IMG/VR virus record: IMGVR_UViG_3300009685_000011
Coordinates: 1-64,000 of that record
From: a virus
Lineage: Duplodnaviria; Caudoviricetes
Direction: 5' to 3' (one strand)
DNA: 64,000 nt
The notes under the pieces are model-generated. The model did not search any database. It worked only from the letters and a program-made list of their open reading frames with translations, and was not told where the DNA came from. A program made the position numbers and the translations under genes. Within the stretch, counting starts at the first letter, position 1. Every line of letters starts with the position of its first letter. Of the stretch, positions 37,739 through 48,605 are shown one piece after another.

Positions 37739-39867
37739 TTATCTTTTAATTGAGTGAACATTCTTTTGTAATAATCTCGACCTTTCATATAAGAAAGAAA
37801 CGTAGTAAATTCCTTGTCTTTATGGTCAACTACTTTAAGAACGGGCCTTAACTTTAGTAATTCAGATTTTACAAACTCCCACTCCTTAAGAATAGGTTCA
37901 TCTAACAAGTTATTAGCCTTAAAAGTTTCTACCAGAGACTTCATCACCGAGTCATTGTTAAAAGCATTTCGTTTCGCTAAATACTTTTCTATGTTCAGCA
38001 TTGATCTCTTCAAAGACTCGTTTCTTAGTCGACTTCCTTTAAAATCCAGTTTTTTATTGCCTGTAGAGTAACTATATGTTGCACACTTTTCCCACAGGTT
38101 TCCAACAGTACCTTTTAGGTCTTCATATATTATATAAGCAGTGACCCACTTTTTTGCTAATTTAGTGCCACCTTTCATAAATTTTTCAACGGTCATTGCG
38201 TTTTTCACCTTTTCTAAAATTTTTGCATCTGCTTGCGACACTCGTGCAAGAATAAAATTAGATTTTTTATTAAGAGGGTATAAACTCTCAAGTTCAGACT
38301 TTCGAGTACCATAGATAATTAACTTCTTAGGTAAATTATCTAAAGAGAAAGATTGTGGAGATGTCACATAATCAAATCTGTTGTCGTAAGGTAAGTGAAG
38401 TACTAACTCTTCTGCACTACGATTTATAGACGTTCTTGATCCTTTTTTATTAGTACTTTGAAATTTCTCTATTTCTGGAAGATAGTTAGAAAGTCTGTTT
38501 GGAAAAGTATCTTTTACTTTTTGACACTCTTGCTGAATCCAGGTTATACACTCTCTCCATTTTTCTCTTGGTACACTATATGTCTTTAAGTAACGGTAGT
38601 AAAAATTCCAAAGTTTTAAATCTTGTTTTTCAGAAAAGAAAGATCTATACCCAGTTTGTTTGTCTCTAAAATACTGCTTGTGAATGTTCTTAAAAGGAAT
38701 ATCCAAAAAAACATCTTTAGATGAAAAATGACAATATCCTGACGAAGGTTCTAATTTACTGTACCGTTGATAAGTACAATAAGGTAACATATATCCTATA
38801 ATATCAAACGCTACCTTAACAGTAAAGTAGTCATTTTGAAAATACTTACGTTCTTTTATTTCAAAATACTCCATTAGGGTAACTAATGGTTTTTTATCAA
38901 TACGAACTTCTACCTCACCTACTTTTAGAGACCGTATGTTTTGATCTAAATACTTATAATAGTGAACAATACTATCAGTTGGTGTTTTTATCAACCCTAC
39001 TATTTCTTCTACAGCCTTACGAGTTTTATCTAATATTTTCTGAATTGTAGTATCATCCAGAACAAGATTTTCTCGTGAAGGAGTTGGAACTAATCCGTCA
39101 TTAAGACCAAATTTTATTCCAAAAGGAATATCTACATTAGGTAAACCCAAGTCTACAGTATTGATTGTGTACGCAACTTGATCTAATACGATATGAAATC
39201 CATCTAAAGGTAAAGTAGACCACAAAAAGTTCTCACCCTCAATAATCTTTCTTTGGTTAAAGGATTCATTAGAAGTGTGAACACCTTTAAAGTATACCAG
39301 CGTTTCTTCTAAAGCGTTATTCCAGTTTGAATAATCTCCAGATTTAATAGGTACTGTAACCAAAGTACCATTTGATTCATCACACTCTGTTTCGGATACT
39401 TTGAGAACTTGTTTTTTAGAACCGTTCTTTTGAATGATCCAGGTTCTCTTTACTTTGTCTTTAACACTTTCTATAGTAAATTGAGATGTATAACTCAAAG
39501 GAGAATAAATACCAATACCGAAACACCCTAAAGTGTTAGCAGATGCTTCTTTTGTAGAAGCACCTGCCTTGCTTATGGTTTTCATTCTTTCGTCATCAAT
39601 ACCCTCTCCACTGTCCTTTACCCAAAACTTATACATATCAAGACCTACTGCAATAGGACTGACTAAACTATCTACTCCTGCTTGTACTTGAGTATCAAGA
39701 GCATTTGAGCAAAGTTCTCTAATAGTAGATGCTACAGGAAACTTATAATTTCCTTCAAGTAGCATCCAAAGAACCTTGTCTAAATCTGCTTGATCTAAAG
39801 ATACATCCGAGGTTTCAAAATTTCCTTTGGTTAGAACATCTCCCTCTCTGTTTCTTTGTATAATCAT
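37729..39867 (-). CDS. rIIA: rIIA-like protein (GHKL/HSP90-type ATPase N-domain)
   Basis: IRELCSNALD, VKDSGEGI, GASTK, GCFGIG..SPLSYT GHKL motifs; 712 aa; paired with rIIB. Confidence 0.85.
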   Translation of the reverse strand: MIIQRNREGDVLTKGNFETSDVSLDQADLDKVLWMLLEGNYKFPVASTIRELCSNALDTQVQAGVDSLVSPIAVGLDMYKFWVKDSGEGIDDERMKTISKAGASTKEASANTLGCFGIGIYSPLSYTSQFTIESVKDKVKRTWIIQKNGSKKQVLKVSETECDESNGTLVTVPIKSGDYSNWNNALEETLVYFKGVHTSNESFNQRKIIEGENFLWSTLPLDGFHIVLDQVAYTINTVDLGLPNVDIPFGIKFGLNDGLVPTPSRENLVLDDTTIQKILDKTRKAVEEIVGLIKTPTDSIVHYYKYLDQNIRSLKVGEVEVRIDKKPLVTLMEYFEIKERKYFQNDYFTVKVAFDIIGYMLPYCTYQRYSKLEPSSGYCHFSSKDVFLDIPFKNIHKQYFRDKQTGYRSFFSEKQDLKLWNFYYRYLKTYSVPREKWRECITWIQQECQKVKDTFPNRLSNYLPEIEKFQSTNKKGSRTSINRSAEELVLHLPYDNRFDYVTSPQSFSLDNLPKKLIIYGTRKSELESLYPLNKKSNFILARVSQADAKILEKVKNAMTVEKFMKGGTKLAKKWVTAYIIYEDLKGTVGNLWEKCATYSYSTGNKKLDFKGSRLRNESLKRSMLNIEKYLAKRNAFNNDSVMKSLVETFKANNLLDEPILKEWEFVKSELLKLRPVLKVVDHKDKEFTTFLSYMKGRDYYKRMFTQLKDKCK

Positions 39868-40196
39868 ATTTCTTCAAAAATAAATTTAGGTGGTAATGAA
39901 GGAATTCTAATACTATATCCGTTTTTTACACTAACTACAGTAATAGAGTTTACTAAATTATTCCACCAGTTATAAGATTCTTCATCTCGAAATGTTAACT
40001 CTACTTCTTCACAACCTTTTATAGTTTGAATACCTAAGTACAAATCATTCATTCTTTTTTGAACTAAACATTTAGCCTGCGCTAAAGAAAGATTCTTATA
40101 AGTACCACCTGCTAAATATCCAGCAACTAACTTAGGGTTACCTAATAATTTAAAGGCTGAGGTATCTTGTAATGTTTCGTTACCTAAAACAAACAT
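39864..40196 (-). CDS. Hypothetical protein
   Basis: 110-aa coupled ORF. Confidence 0.55.
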   Translation of the reverse strand: MFVLGNETLQDTSAFKLLGNPKLVAGYLAGGTYKNLSLAQAKCLVQKRMNDLYLGIQTIKGCEEVELTFRDEESYNWWNNLVNSITVVSVKNGYSIRIPSLPPKFIFEEI

Positions 40197-40199
40197 ATA

Positions 40200-40922
40200 C
40201 TATGCAAGAATTAGTTTATTTTGGGTAATCTCTTCGTATGCGTCTATAAAGAAGGTTTGAACACCTTGTTGAGTTTGGAAGTAATTAAAGGGGTGTGTAT
40301 CTTTAATAGCGTGTGTAAAATGCTGATACAGAGAGTTAAGACTTTCCGGGTTGTAGTCGTATTTAAAAGAGGGTTCTTCCAACTCTTTACGAATTTTAGA
40401 CACTTGTTCCGGGATAAGTAGATTTTCTTCAAAGATAGCACGACCTGCAAGTTCTGCCATTTCTCTGCGAGTCAGATTAACGTAGTCAAAAGCATTCCAA
40501 ATAGTCTGTGCGTTAGTAACTTGACTTGTTTGAAGATCAAAAACTCCTTTAAAGAACTCGTACATATCTTCTCTAACACCAGTTACATGACGCTCTTGTA
40601 GTTTGTAAGGAGCCATGATTTGAAGATTATAACATATCCAACTAATTGCACCACCTCCGCAACGAAGAGAAAGAGTTTTATTATAAGAGTTCAAGACTGC
40701 TACTTGAAACCCAAATTTGGGATTCCCTGTATCAAAATGAAACCTCATTCGTTGAACTTCACCTTTTTGTTTTGTGTCAAATTCTTCTTTACGAAGGTAA
40801 AGACCCTTGTAACTTACAAATTGGTCAATCGTGTCAAAGATAAGAGCAGAAGAAACAGGTTTATAGTGACTGGTTTCTTCTGGAACTGGAATTGAAATAA
40901 GTTCTGAACGTGTAGTAGTCAT
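40200..40922 (-). CDS. DUF932-like protein
   Basis: HYKPVS, VLNSYNKTLSL..G.G....C.N motif and the C-terminal LYQ.FT..IK helix pattern. Confidence 0.7.
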   Translation of the reverse strand: MTTTRSELISIPVPEETSHYKPVSSALIFDTIDQFVSYKGLYLRKEEFDTKQKGEVQRMRFHFDTGNPKFGFQVAVLNSYNKTLSLRCGGGAISWICYNLQIMAPYKLQERHVTGVREDMYEFFKGVFDLQTSQVTNAQTIWNAFDYVNLTRREMAELAGRAIFEENLLIPEQVSKIRKELEEPSFKYDYNPESLNSLYQHFTHAIKDTHPFNYFQTQQGVQTFFIDAYEEITQNKLILA

Positions 40923-41040
40923 TGTTTTAAATTTTAAATTTTAAAAATGTCGTCGATTTTTTTGAAAGGAATATAGTTGGTCAGATCATCCACGATACAT
41001 TGGATGAATTGATCCCATTCTGTAATACCTGTAAACGTCA

Positions 41041-42162
41041 TTATGCTTTGATTTGATGTTCTTTAATAACTTCTTGAAGTTCGTCCTGGAGCATCGGGGA
41101 CACTTCAAATTCTGTAACATAGTCTTCTCCAATTATCATGTTGTCTACGTCAATTACGGTGACTTCAAGATGCGTGTTTGAATGAACTTCTGCTACATTT
41201 CCTCCACTAACCAGTATAAGAATTTTATTGCTTTCCATCTACAATCAGTTTTATTTTGTCCCACAAATTATTAAATACTTCTGGATAAGTCTCTTCTCCA
41301 TGTTCCAATAAAGATGGAGATATTACTTCTCTCCTAAGAAAAAGATCATTACCATTGTCTTTGTTAATATAGATACAAAGCCAATGACTATCTCCTTCGT
41401 AAAAACGCACTACACAAGGAAATCTTTTTCCTTGTATGCTAAATTCAACTTTATAATATTTAGGTATCATTATTAGTTTTTAAACGACGAAACGATTTCT
41501 TTCTCTTTGTCTTTGCTATACTTATAATTAAGAATTTCATCTTGTGCAAACCAAGTAATATCATATTCTCTTGGGTCATCAGGAATATCATCTACACCAA
41601 AGTATTCATTGATAGTGTTTTTAAGATATTGTTTTCCAATATCTTCTTTTGTTAGTACCGCATAAATATAATTGCGGTATTTTTTACCCTTAATAGTTAT
41701 AAGTTCAGGTATACCTAAGTCTTTAAGTTGTTCTTTTCGATACATTTTAGAATATTCTGACTTCCAAAATTTACTGTAAGAACTCTCATAAGACTTAAGA
41801 TTGAAGACTATACAATGTTGATTTTTACCAAACCAGTAATCATCGAAATAATACTTATTGGTTCTGACCCACATTAAATAATCTTTGAATCTTTTTTTAC
41901 CCTGGTTTATATCAAGATAAAATCTTTTAGATTCGTTATAGGCTCCGTTAACATCGAACACTAAAAATAAATGATGACCTTTTTCAAATCCTTTGGCTCG
42001 GTAATACATTATATCTCCTATCCCTACATGAAGTAGAGAATTTAACATGGAATATCCAAGTCCATAATTTGTTAAAGAGTCCATTTGTTTCAAAAAAATA
42101 CTCCCACAGGTGTTCAACTGCGGGAGTAAGAATTTCACTGAATGATTTTTTCGATACCTCAC
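41041..42162 (-). CDS. Three hypothetical proteins (41041-41238, 41225-41470, 41473-42162)
   Basis: Contiguous ORFs; no function recognised. Confidence 0.6.
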
Positions 42163-42168
42163 AAAAAT

Positions 42169-43239
42169 TTAATTAGTAAAAAATAGGTCGTCTGTTAAAT
42201 CTTCGGTTATTTTTCCTTGGGTTTGCTCATACATCCAATTATAGTCCAGTATACCTTTTTTCGTAAAGTGCTTATACCGACGCAATGCTTCATCCCAACC
42301 ATAATAATTTTTCAAGTAAGTTACAGTATCTAAGTAAGGTACATCAAAAGACTTTTCTTCACTATAGCCGTATTTTCCTACGCTTAAAAGATTGTTACTA
42401 CAATTTATAACAAAAGGAGTAAACTTGGTTCCGTTAGTAGGAATAACTACCCACCGACAAAGTACTTTGTATCCGTCATCAATTAAAGGACTAAAATTGT
42501 TTAGAATACCTTTCAAGTAAAAAGACATTTGAAAAGGATACATCTTTTGACGACAGATTTTAAACCACTCTTCTATTGTATTCACTCCGGTAGATTTAAG
42601 ATCAACCAAATAAATAGTTTTAGTCTCTTCTTCGATTATCACCAGGTCAGCAAGTCCTTTACAAGGTACTTCACCTTCGTTCCAATAGATAGCCCGCTGA
42701 TAATATTTATCTGCGTTAGGCTGGTCTATAAAATACTTTCCTGTAAGTTCGTGACTCAAAGTAAGAGCAGCAAGGTTTTCACATTTTACTTTTTCTTCGT
42801 AGGTAATAATAGACCTTCCTTCTGCTTTAAGCATAAACTCCCAATACTCTGCACCGTCTTTTTCAATAGAGTTCCACAGAGCATCATCCCCCCATTTAGG
42901 TTGATAACCAGATCCCCTAACAATAGGGATTAAGACTTCTTTGTAGTCTTTAAGTTCTCCTAAATTACTGACTGAATCAGTACTTACAAGTATCTCAAGT
43001 AGAGTATTTAAGAACCCCCTAATGTTTTCAGAGGGTCTTTTACTCAAATCTTCTATAAAAAGATCATCTTTGAGATGTGGAGAGGTTAATACGCAATCGA
43101 GGTAACTCCCGATCAATACCGGAACTGTTTCTTTAAAAGGCTTAGTATCATTTACTAATACTTTTTTAAGAAACGATTGAGATACTCTATCACTATCTCT
43201 GTAGGTTTTAAGCGTTACTAAATCTGTGTAAATATTCAT
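42169..43239 (-). CDS. PD-(D/E)XK nuclease (RecE/exonuclease VIII-like)
   Basis: VSQSFLK, IGSY.DC.L, YQRAIYW, CKGLAD, VDLKST, YPFQMSFY motifs. Confidence 0.8.
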   Translation of the reverse strand: MNIYTDLVTLKTYRDSDRVSQSFLKKVLVNDTKPFKETVPVLIGSYLDCVLTSPHLKDDLFIEDLSKRPSENIRGFLNTLLEILVSTDSVSNLGELKDYKEVLIPIVRGSGYQPKWGDDALWNSIEKDGAEYWEFMLKAEGRSIITYEEKVKCENLAALTLSHELTGKYFIDQPNADKYYQRAIYWNEGEVPCKGLADLVIIEEETKTIYLVDLKSTGVNTIEEWFKICRQKMYPFQMSFYLKGILNNFSPLIDDGYKVLCRWVVIPTNGTKFTPFVINCSNNLLSVGKYGYSEEKSFDVPYLDTVTYLKNYYGWDEALRRYKHFTKKGILDYNWMYEQTQGKITEDLTDDLFFTN

Positions 43240-43652
43240 AGATTGACAAGTTCGGGGTTTTCATATATATTTCCTATTACTTCAATTATATGTTGATAGT
43301 TGAACTGGTCAACTATAGCATCCCCAGCATAATTAATTATATCTACAAATTCTAAATTTAGATAACCAAAACAACAAAACCCTTGATGCCACGCAATTGC
43401 ATAAGTGTGTATTTCATCATAATCTGGTAATGCTACCTTTACAATATCTCCTTCATACATCCCTTTACCATGTCTATCTATAACTCCAGTAAATTGCATT
43501 AGATGATACTTTTCTATTAAACGATTTTTTGCTTCCCAAAACCGAGTCCAAGCATCATCATTAATTTGATATTGTGGAGACAGTCCATATTGCTGATTTT
43601 CATACAACATTTGATTACCATCCCACACTCTAAACTTAATTGTTCTGTTCAT
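43236..43652 (-). CDS. YopX family protein
   Basis: IKFRVWD, MQFTG..D..GK.MYEGDIV, IEVIGNIYENPEL. Confidence 0.9.
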   Translation of the reverse strand: MNRTIKFRVWDGNQMLYENQQYGLSPQYQINDDAWTRFWEAKNRLIEKYHLMQFTGVIDRHGKGMYEGDIVKVALPDYDEIHTYAIAWHQGFCCFGYLNLEFVDIINYAGDAIVDQFNYQHIIEVIGNIYENPELVNL

Positions 43653-44180
43653 CTTCTAATTGTTCTGTAATTGTTAATTCAGGTACTAATAGTTCATAAT
43701 TTCCACCATAGAAATAATAACCATTTCTTATTGCTTTTGCTTCTAAAGTCTGCACATATCCTATACTTGTAATTTCAGATATATTTAAACTTTCAGATTT
43801 ATGTAAAAGAGGCTTGTCTTCTGAAGCAGACATAAACCATTGAGATATAACAATGTTTTCTTCCTCTACGGAGGCCACAAGGAGGGTAAAACCACAAGGT
43901 TTGCACCACTTACCATTAGAAAGACACCTGTATCCCATCTGTTTAAGGAACATTTCTATCATTTAGCCTTAAAATCAGAAATAATAAACCAAACAAAACC
44001 AATTAGTACAAGTAAAATGCTCGTACTAATTGAAACAGCAGTACTACCTGCGTCACCTAAACCTATTTTTATACACAGTAGATACATAAAACCTCCAATA
44101 AAAGGAGCCAGTATTATTATAATCACAACCAGTAAGTTTATATATTTTTTGTTCATAATTACAGATTTACAGATAAACAA
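43636..44180 (-). CDS. Hypothetical protein (43636-43962) and small two-TM protein (43959-44180)
   Basis: Coupled ORFs; the second has two hydrophobic helices. Confidence 0.55.
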
Positions 44181-44649
44181 TAGTTACATCCATATCTACC
44201 AAACGTTTCTCAATGATTGGTGCTATGAAAGTTTTAAAGTAGTTTTCAACTGTAGGTACATCAAGAGACTTTCTTAAACGTGTATCTGCTGCAATTCCAG
44301 AAGCAATAAAAGGAAGTCCTATTGATTTTCCTTTATGACTATAGTTGATTTTATATAGAATATGTTCTAATGCTGCACTTCTAATAGCAAAAGAATCTAT
44401 TCCTCTATGACACCCACCTGGTTTGTATTGGGAGTACATATTAATAATACCGTCAATTACTTCGTATGCTCCAAATTTCTCTTCTGGAAGTAGTTTTTCA
44501 AAACTCCCTTGAGTAATTTGAGGAAATTCTGCTGCAAGTGCACCTGCTACGCCCCCACCCATGACACTAAAGCAATTACACTGATGCCCGATCAAGTCAA
44601 ATTTACCTTGTTTGAACATCTGAATTAAATCTCCTTGAACGTATTTCAT
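44167..44649 (-). CDS. Macrodomain (ADP-ribose processing) protein
   Basis: YVQGDL, IGHQCNCFSVMGGGVA..LA..FP, INMYSQY, IGLPFIASGIA macrodomain motifs. Confidence 0.8.
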   Translation of the reverse strand: MKYVQGDLIQMFKQGKFDLIGHQCNCFSVMGGGVAGALAAEFPQITQGSFEKLLPEEKFGAYEVIDGIINMYSQYKPGGCHRGIDSFAIRSAALEHILYKINYSHKGKSIGLPFIASGIAADTRLRKSLDVPTVENYFKTFIAPIIEKRLVDMDVTIVYL

Positions 44650-46866
44650 TGTAGAAATTTTGAAAACTCACTTACAAGATTAGTATATCTCTGAAGATAT
44701 TCCTTTAGAGTTATTACTTCATCTTGTTTAGCAAGTTTAAGAAAAATAATTCTTTTGAGGATAGACTCCATATTACTGAAATAACCTACTGGTACATCTC
44801 GTTCTTTACTTTCTTCAGAACGACTTAAATGATGAGTAGGGTCTGTGTGTTTGACTTCATAAAGAACAATATTGTAACAACCTGTTTCTTCAAAGTCAAT
44901 GTAATAAGGCTCAAGTAACTCGTCTTTTATAGTCATCGTTCGAAATATTTAGTAAATAATTTAAAGTGTAAATTAGCAAAAGGTACTTTAAATTTAAACT
45001 GAGACTGTCTATTAAAAGTTAGTTTAGGATAGATCAACCCCAACACACACATGTTAGAAATATAGACACTTTGAACAATTTCTATCAAATAAATTAAAAG
45101 TAGATAAAAAATCCTTTTTCTCATTTTATATAGTCTTGTTTGAGTCCCCAGCCTAAATTAAACCATGCAAATTCTTTCTCTGCTTGTTCTTTATCGTATT
45201 TTAAAACCCTTGTAAATTGCATTAAACAGAAGGCTTTCCATTGAAGGAAGTCTTCTTCTCTTTTAAACGTATAATATTGATACCAGGGAACTTTTTCAAA
45301 AAAAGTGGGATATTTGATAAATCCAAAAAGTGTTTTGTTAATCTTGAACTTAAACACTTTTTTAAACTCGTGTGTGCCTCCTTTAATTACGTCTTCGTAA
45401 ATAATATCATAAGGATACAACTGTTCGTTTACACACTTAATTATAACCATTTGAATAAGAAGTTCTCTTGTTTTTGGTTGCTCCTCTATTATATAACCTT
45501 CTGTAGCAGGCCACATAAGGTAATCTGAAGCAGTAAGTCTTTCCAACACAGAGACAATTTGATTTCCTTTGTTGTAGACTACATACAATTTATTTGATGA
45601 TTTCATTGAATTCTATACCGTTTTGATTTTTAAAACAATGGGTGAATTCTTTCCACTGGTTTTTTCTTGTGAAAATATTATGTATAAACGGGTCTACGGT
45701 GTCGGGAGTACACAAGTGGTGTGTACCAACAAAATAATAAGTAACACCAACCACTTCATATAATTTTTCAAATAACTTTGATAACCTAACGTCATTTTCT
45801 CTTAATAATAGAACTCCATTGAGTTCCAGTTTTTTACTTAAAGAGTCAAAATCTCTTTCGATCCAACTCTGTCCAAGATCAAACAAAAAAGATAAAAAAC
45901 CATCCTCTGTTGCGTCTGATACTATGAAGACTGATTTAACCTGATTAGGGGAAATATTAAACATAACATTCAAATTTTAATATTGCGTATTTTATATCTT
46001 ATTTTAGCAATTTCAAAAAATATCGCTTTTTTGTTATTTATATTTTTTTCTTGATTAAAGAAATCTACCAACCTGTTTATTTCAGTTATTAGGTCACTTA
46101 TATGTAATCGTAATTTGTTGCGATTAAAATAATAAGGCTTTATTGTTTTTCTAACAATCCACCCTTCATTTTCCATTTTACTTAAACCATCCAAACCATT
46201 AGTCATACCAATATATTCTAATCTGTTAGAATAGTAGTAAGTATTGTGTAACAGAGGATCCCAAGTTATGTATTTTCTGCATCTTGTCTTATAATTAACA
46301 AGAGTCACAATTTCAAATTTTTTCATACATTTTCTCTTCCATAAACTCATCATATTGGTAACACGTAGGTTTCTCTTCTTGACACACGTTACAATACCAT
46401 AATTGTTCATCAACAAGTTCTGCTATTAACCCTGTGTTTACACCTACCCAATGCTGTTGATCCACATCAGGTGATCCACATTCACACAGGTAAGTTTCGT
46501 TTGTTAAATCAACAGAAAGAAATTTACATTCGTCTTTTAATCGTTCTATAAACTCTTCTTTAGTCATTGTCTTTAGATAGTTTTCTTATTTGCTCTATTA
46601 ACTCTATAACAGTATCTTCTATTTCAGACCACTCTGAATCTTTCATATCAAGAATATTAAATTCTTCGTTTATTACATCTCTATAACTCTCATCTGAATA
46701 TACAAAGTCTGTATTAAGTAATTTATTTATTGTGTTAACTATTTCTATTTGTTTATTTGTCATTGGTTTTTGATTTAGGATTATAAAAAATAATTTTCTC
46801 TCCCAATAGCCCTGCTAAAAACAAACAAATAAATACAAGTGCGTATCCTATGATTTCATTTTGATT
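44646..46866 (-). CDS. Cluster of about eight small hypothetical proteins
   Basis: Contiguous ORFs 44646-44936, 44933-45124, 45121-45606, 45590-45973, 45970-about 46329, 46313-46567 (CxC..CxxC), 46560-46763 and a short TM ORF. Confidence 0.55.
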
Positions 46867-47813
46867 CATAAGTTATTTTCAATAAAAGTTAAACAAAATC
46901 TTTCTCCTTGATTCAAGTACATTTCATCAAGGTCTTTACCTCCTTCCGAGAATATCAGTTCTACTGGAGTGTAAAGAAATTGGTTTTTTAGTCTATCAGC
47001 CCCTGCAATACCCGCATTGTCGTTATCGAACCAAGTAAAAACTTTTCTATAATAAGATTCCCACTCAAACATTATATCTGATGGAATTATAGGAGTTTCG
47101 TTTTGTACGGATACTATGTCATAGTCACATAGGTTTTCAAGAACAAAAAAATCTTTATGAGCCTTCTGGATAACTAAAATGTCTGAACCTCTTTTATTAG
47201 TCCATAAATCAGATCCTTTAGCATTACCTATGAATCTTGGTCGTTCTCTTTCAGGAAAGTAAAATTTATACCTTGTATCAAAGTGATAACAATAACACAA
47301 GTCATTAAAATTGACTTTTCTTTCATACGAGTCTTTCTTTTCTAAATATCCATTAAGAGGCAAGACTTTAAACTCACCTTCAAATTGCTTTAAAGAAACT
47401 CCTCTTAAACCCCAATAGTCTATATCTCTTTGTTCCCACTCACGGTAGAAAGGAACATAAGTAGTAGTACTTAAAGACTTGATACCGGGGAATATTTTAT
47501 AAGAAGAAGTTACAAGACCCGGACTTAAATTCAGCAGGTTTGTGCAGATTTCAGTCCAAGACAAGTTAGGATTCATTCTTTTATACCCTTCGATACAGTC
47601 AAATCCTGAACAAGATTTGTCTGCAAAATCTATCAACCTTAATGTACCCTCCATCCAATGAAGTTTACAAGAACCTTTGTTTTTATCTGGCCTAAAAGGG
47701 TTTAGAACCCAATCACCTACTTTTACTGAACCAAGAATTTGTCTCCAGACACTTTCTTGATCTACTCGATGAAGGAGTTCTTTTTTAGAAATATAAAAGA
47801 AAGAGTCAAGCAT
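46866..47813 (-). CDS. DNA primase (crAss-type, Toprim domain)
   Basis: NPFRPDK..SC, DCIE Zn-binding-like N-terminus; KYKFYFP, IQKAHKD, WFDNDNAGIAG Toprim motif. Start reassigned to ATG 47813 (MLDSFF). Confidence 0.8.
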   Translation of the reverse strand: MLDSFFYISKKELLHRVDQESVWRQILGSVKVGDWVLNPFRPDKNKGSCKLHWMEGTLRLIDFADKSCSGFDCIEGYKRMNPNLSWTEICTNLLNLSPGLVTSSYKIFPGIKSLSTTTYVPFYREWEQRDIDYWGLRGVSLKQFEGEFKVLPLNGYLEKKDSYERKVNFNDLCYCYHFDTRYKFYFPERERPRFIGNAKGSDLWTNKRGSDILVIQKAHKDFFVLENLCDYDIVSVQNETPIIPSDIMFEWESYYRKVFTWFDNDNAGIAGADRLKNQFLYTPVELIFSEGGKDLDEMYLNQGERFCLTFIENNL

Positions 47814-47825
47814 ATATAAAAGAAA

Positions 47826-47910
47826 AAAGCAGCGGGGTGTATCGCCACTACACCTTAACACAGGTTAGGCTATCATTGGTACCAATGCCTGTGATCCTTA
47901 TGACTGCTTT
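47826..47910 (-). ncRNA. Candidate structured intergenic RNA/ssDNA element (multi-stem, followed by a U-tract)
   Basis: Closing stem AAAGCAG/CUGCUUU, internal stem CACAGG/CCUGUG enclosing the 14-nt palindrome CAUUGGUACCAAUG, hairpin GGUGUA/UACACC; family not recognised. Confidence 0.45.
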
Positions 47911-47924
47911 AATTAAGAATTAAA

Positions 47925-48581
47925 CTACCACTCAGAAGTAGATGTAGATGCTGGTGGAGTACTTGTTTGGTTTTGTGCAGGACGAGTGTGAAAAAACCTG
48001 TCACTTGCTACAGGAATCGTAGGTACACTACCAATAGCAAAAGGAAACTTATACACACCACCTTCACCAAATGCCGGAGGTGTCAAGTATCCACCTTTAT
48101 TGTATCCAAGAGCAAGATTACCCTCAAGGCTAAACAAACCTTTGTCTTCACAAAGTTTCATCAGACCTTCTACCATAGTAGAGCAGACTTGATAGAGTTT
48201 AGAAATATCAGTAAGTGGAATTGCACTTACTCCTTGTGCTTGACAACCTTTCAAGGAGGCTGCTTTAAGACGTTCTTTTACTTCTTCCTCGTTGGCATAA
48301 GTTTTACCAATCTCCATCAAAAGAGACAGAAAAGTACTAAATGCTTTTTGAGAAACTTCCGTAGAACCCATTGGAGGTTTAGGAAAGTTAACAAAATGAT
48401 TAATTACACTGTCTTCCTTAGAGAAGATAATTTTAAGAGCACCGCTGTCACCACCAACAGTAGTACTCCACTCTTTTACTTTGACTCCGGTATTTACACC
48501 GAAATTAAAACATGTTCCTTTACCAGAAGTAAAGAAATCATCAAGGACGCTTGGGTTTTGATTCTGATTCTGATTATTCAT
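47925..48581 (-). CDS. Putative single-stranded DNA-binding protein
   Basis: Upstream of primase; N-terminal beta-rich region, disordered tail ending in an aromatic residue (STSEW); inference from context. Confidence 0.4.
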   Translation of the reverse strand: MNNQNQNQNPSVLDDFFTSGKGTCFNFGVNTGVKVKEWSTTVGGDSGALKIIFSKEDSVINHFVNFPKPPMGSTEVSQKAFSTFLSLLMEIGKTYANEEEVKERLKAASLKGCQAQGVSAIPLTDISKLYQVCSTMVEGLMKLCEDKGLFSLEGNLALGYNKGGYLTPPAFGEGGVYKFPFAIGSVPTIPVASDRFFHTRPAQNQTSTPPASTSTSEW

Positions 48582-48605
48582 TTTATAAGTTTGTTAAGTT
48601 AATGA

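Noticed and set aside
47826-47910. Hammerhead ribozyme or tRNA interpretation of the structured spacer
   Set aside because: CUUAUGA on the + strand only resembles CUGAUGA and no GAAA core follows a stem II; no D-arm, anticodon arm or TTC loop geometry.
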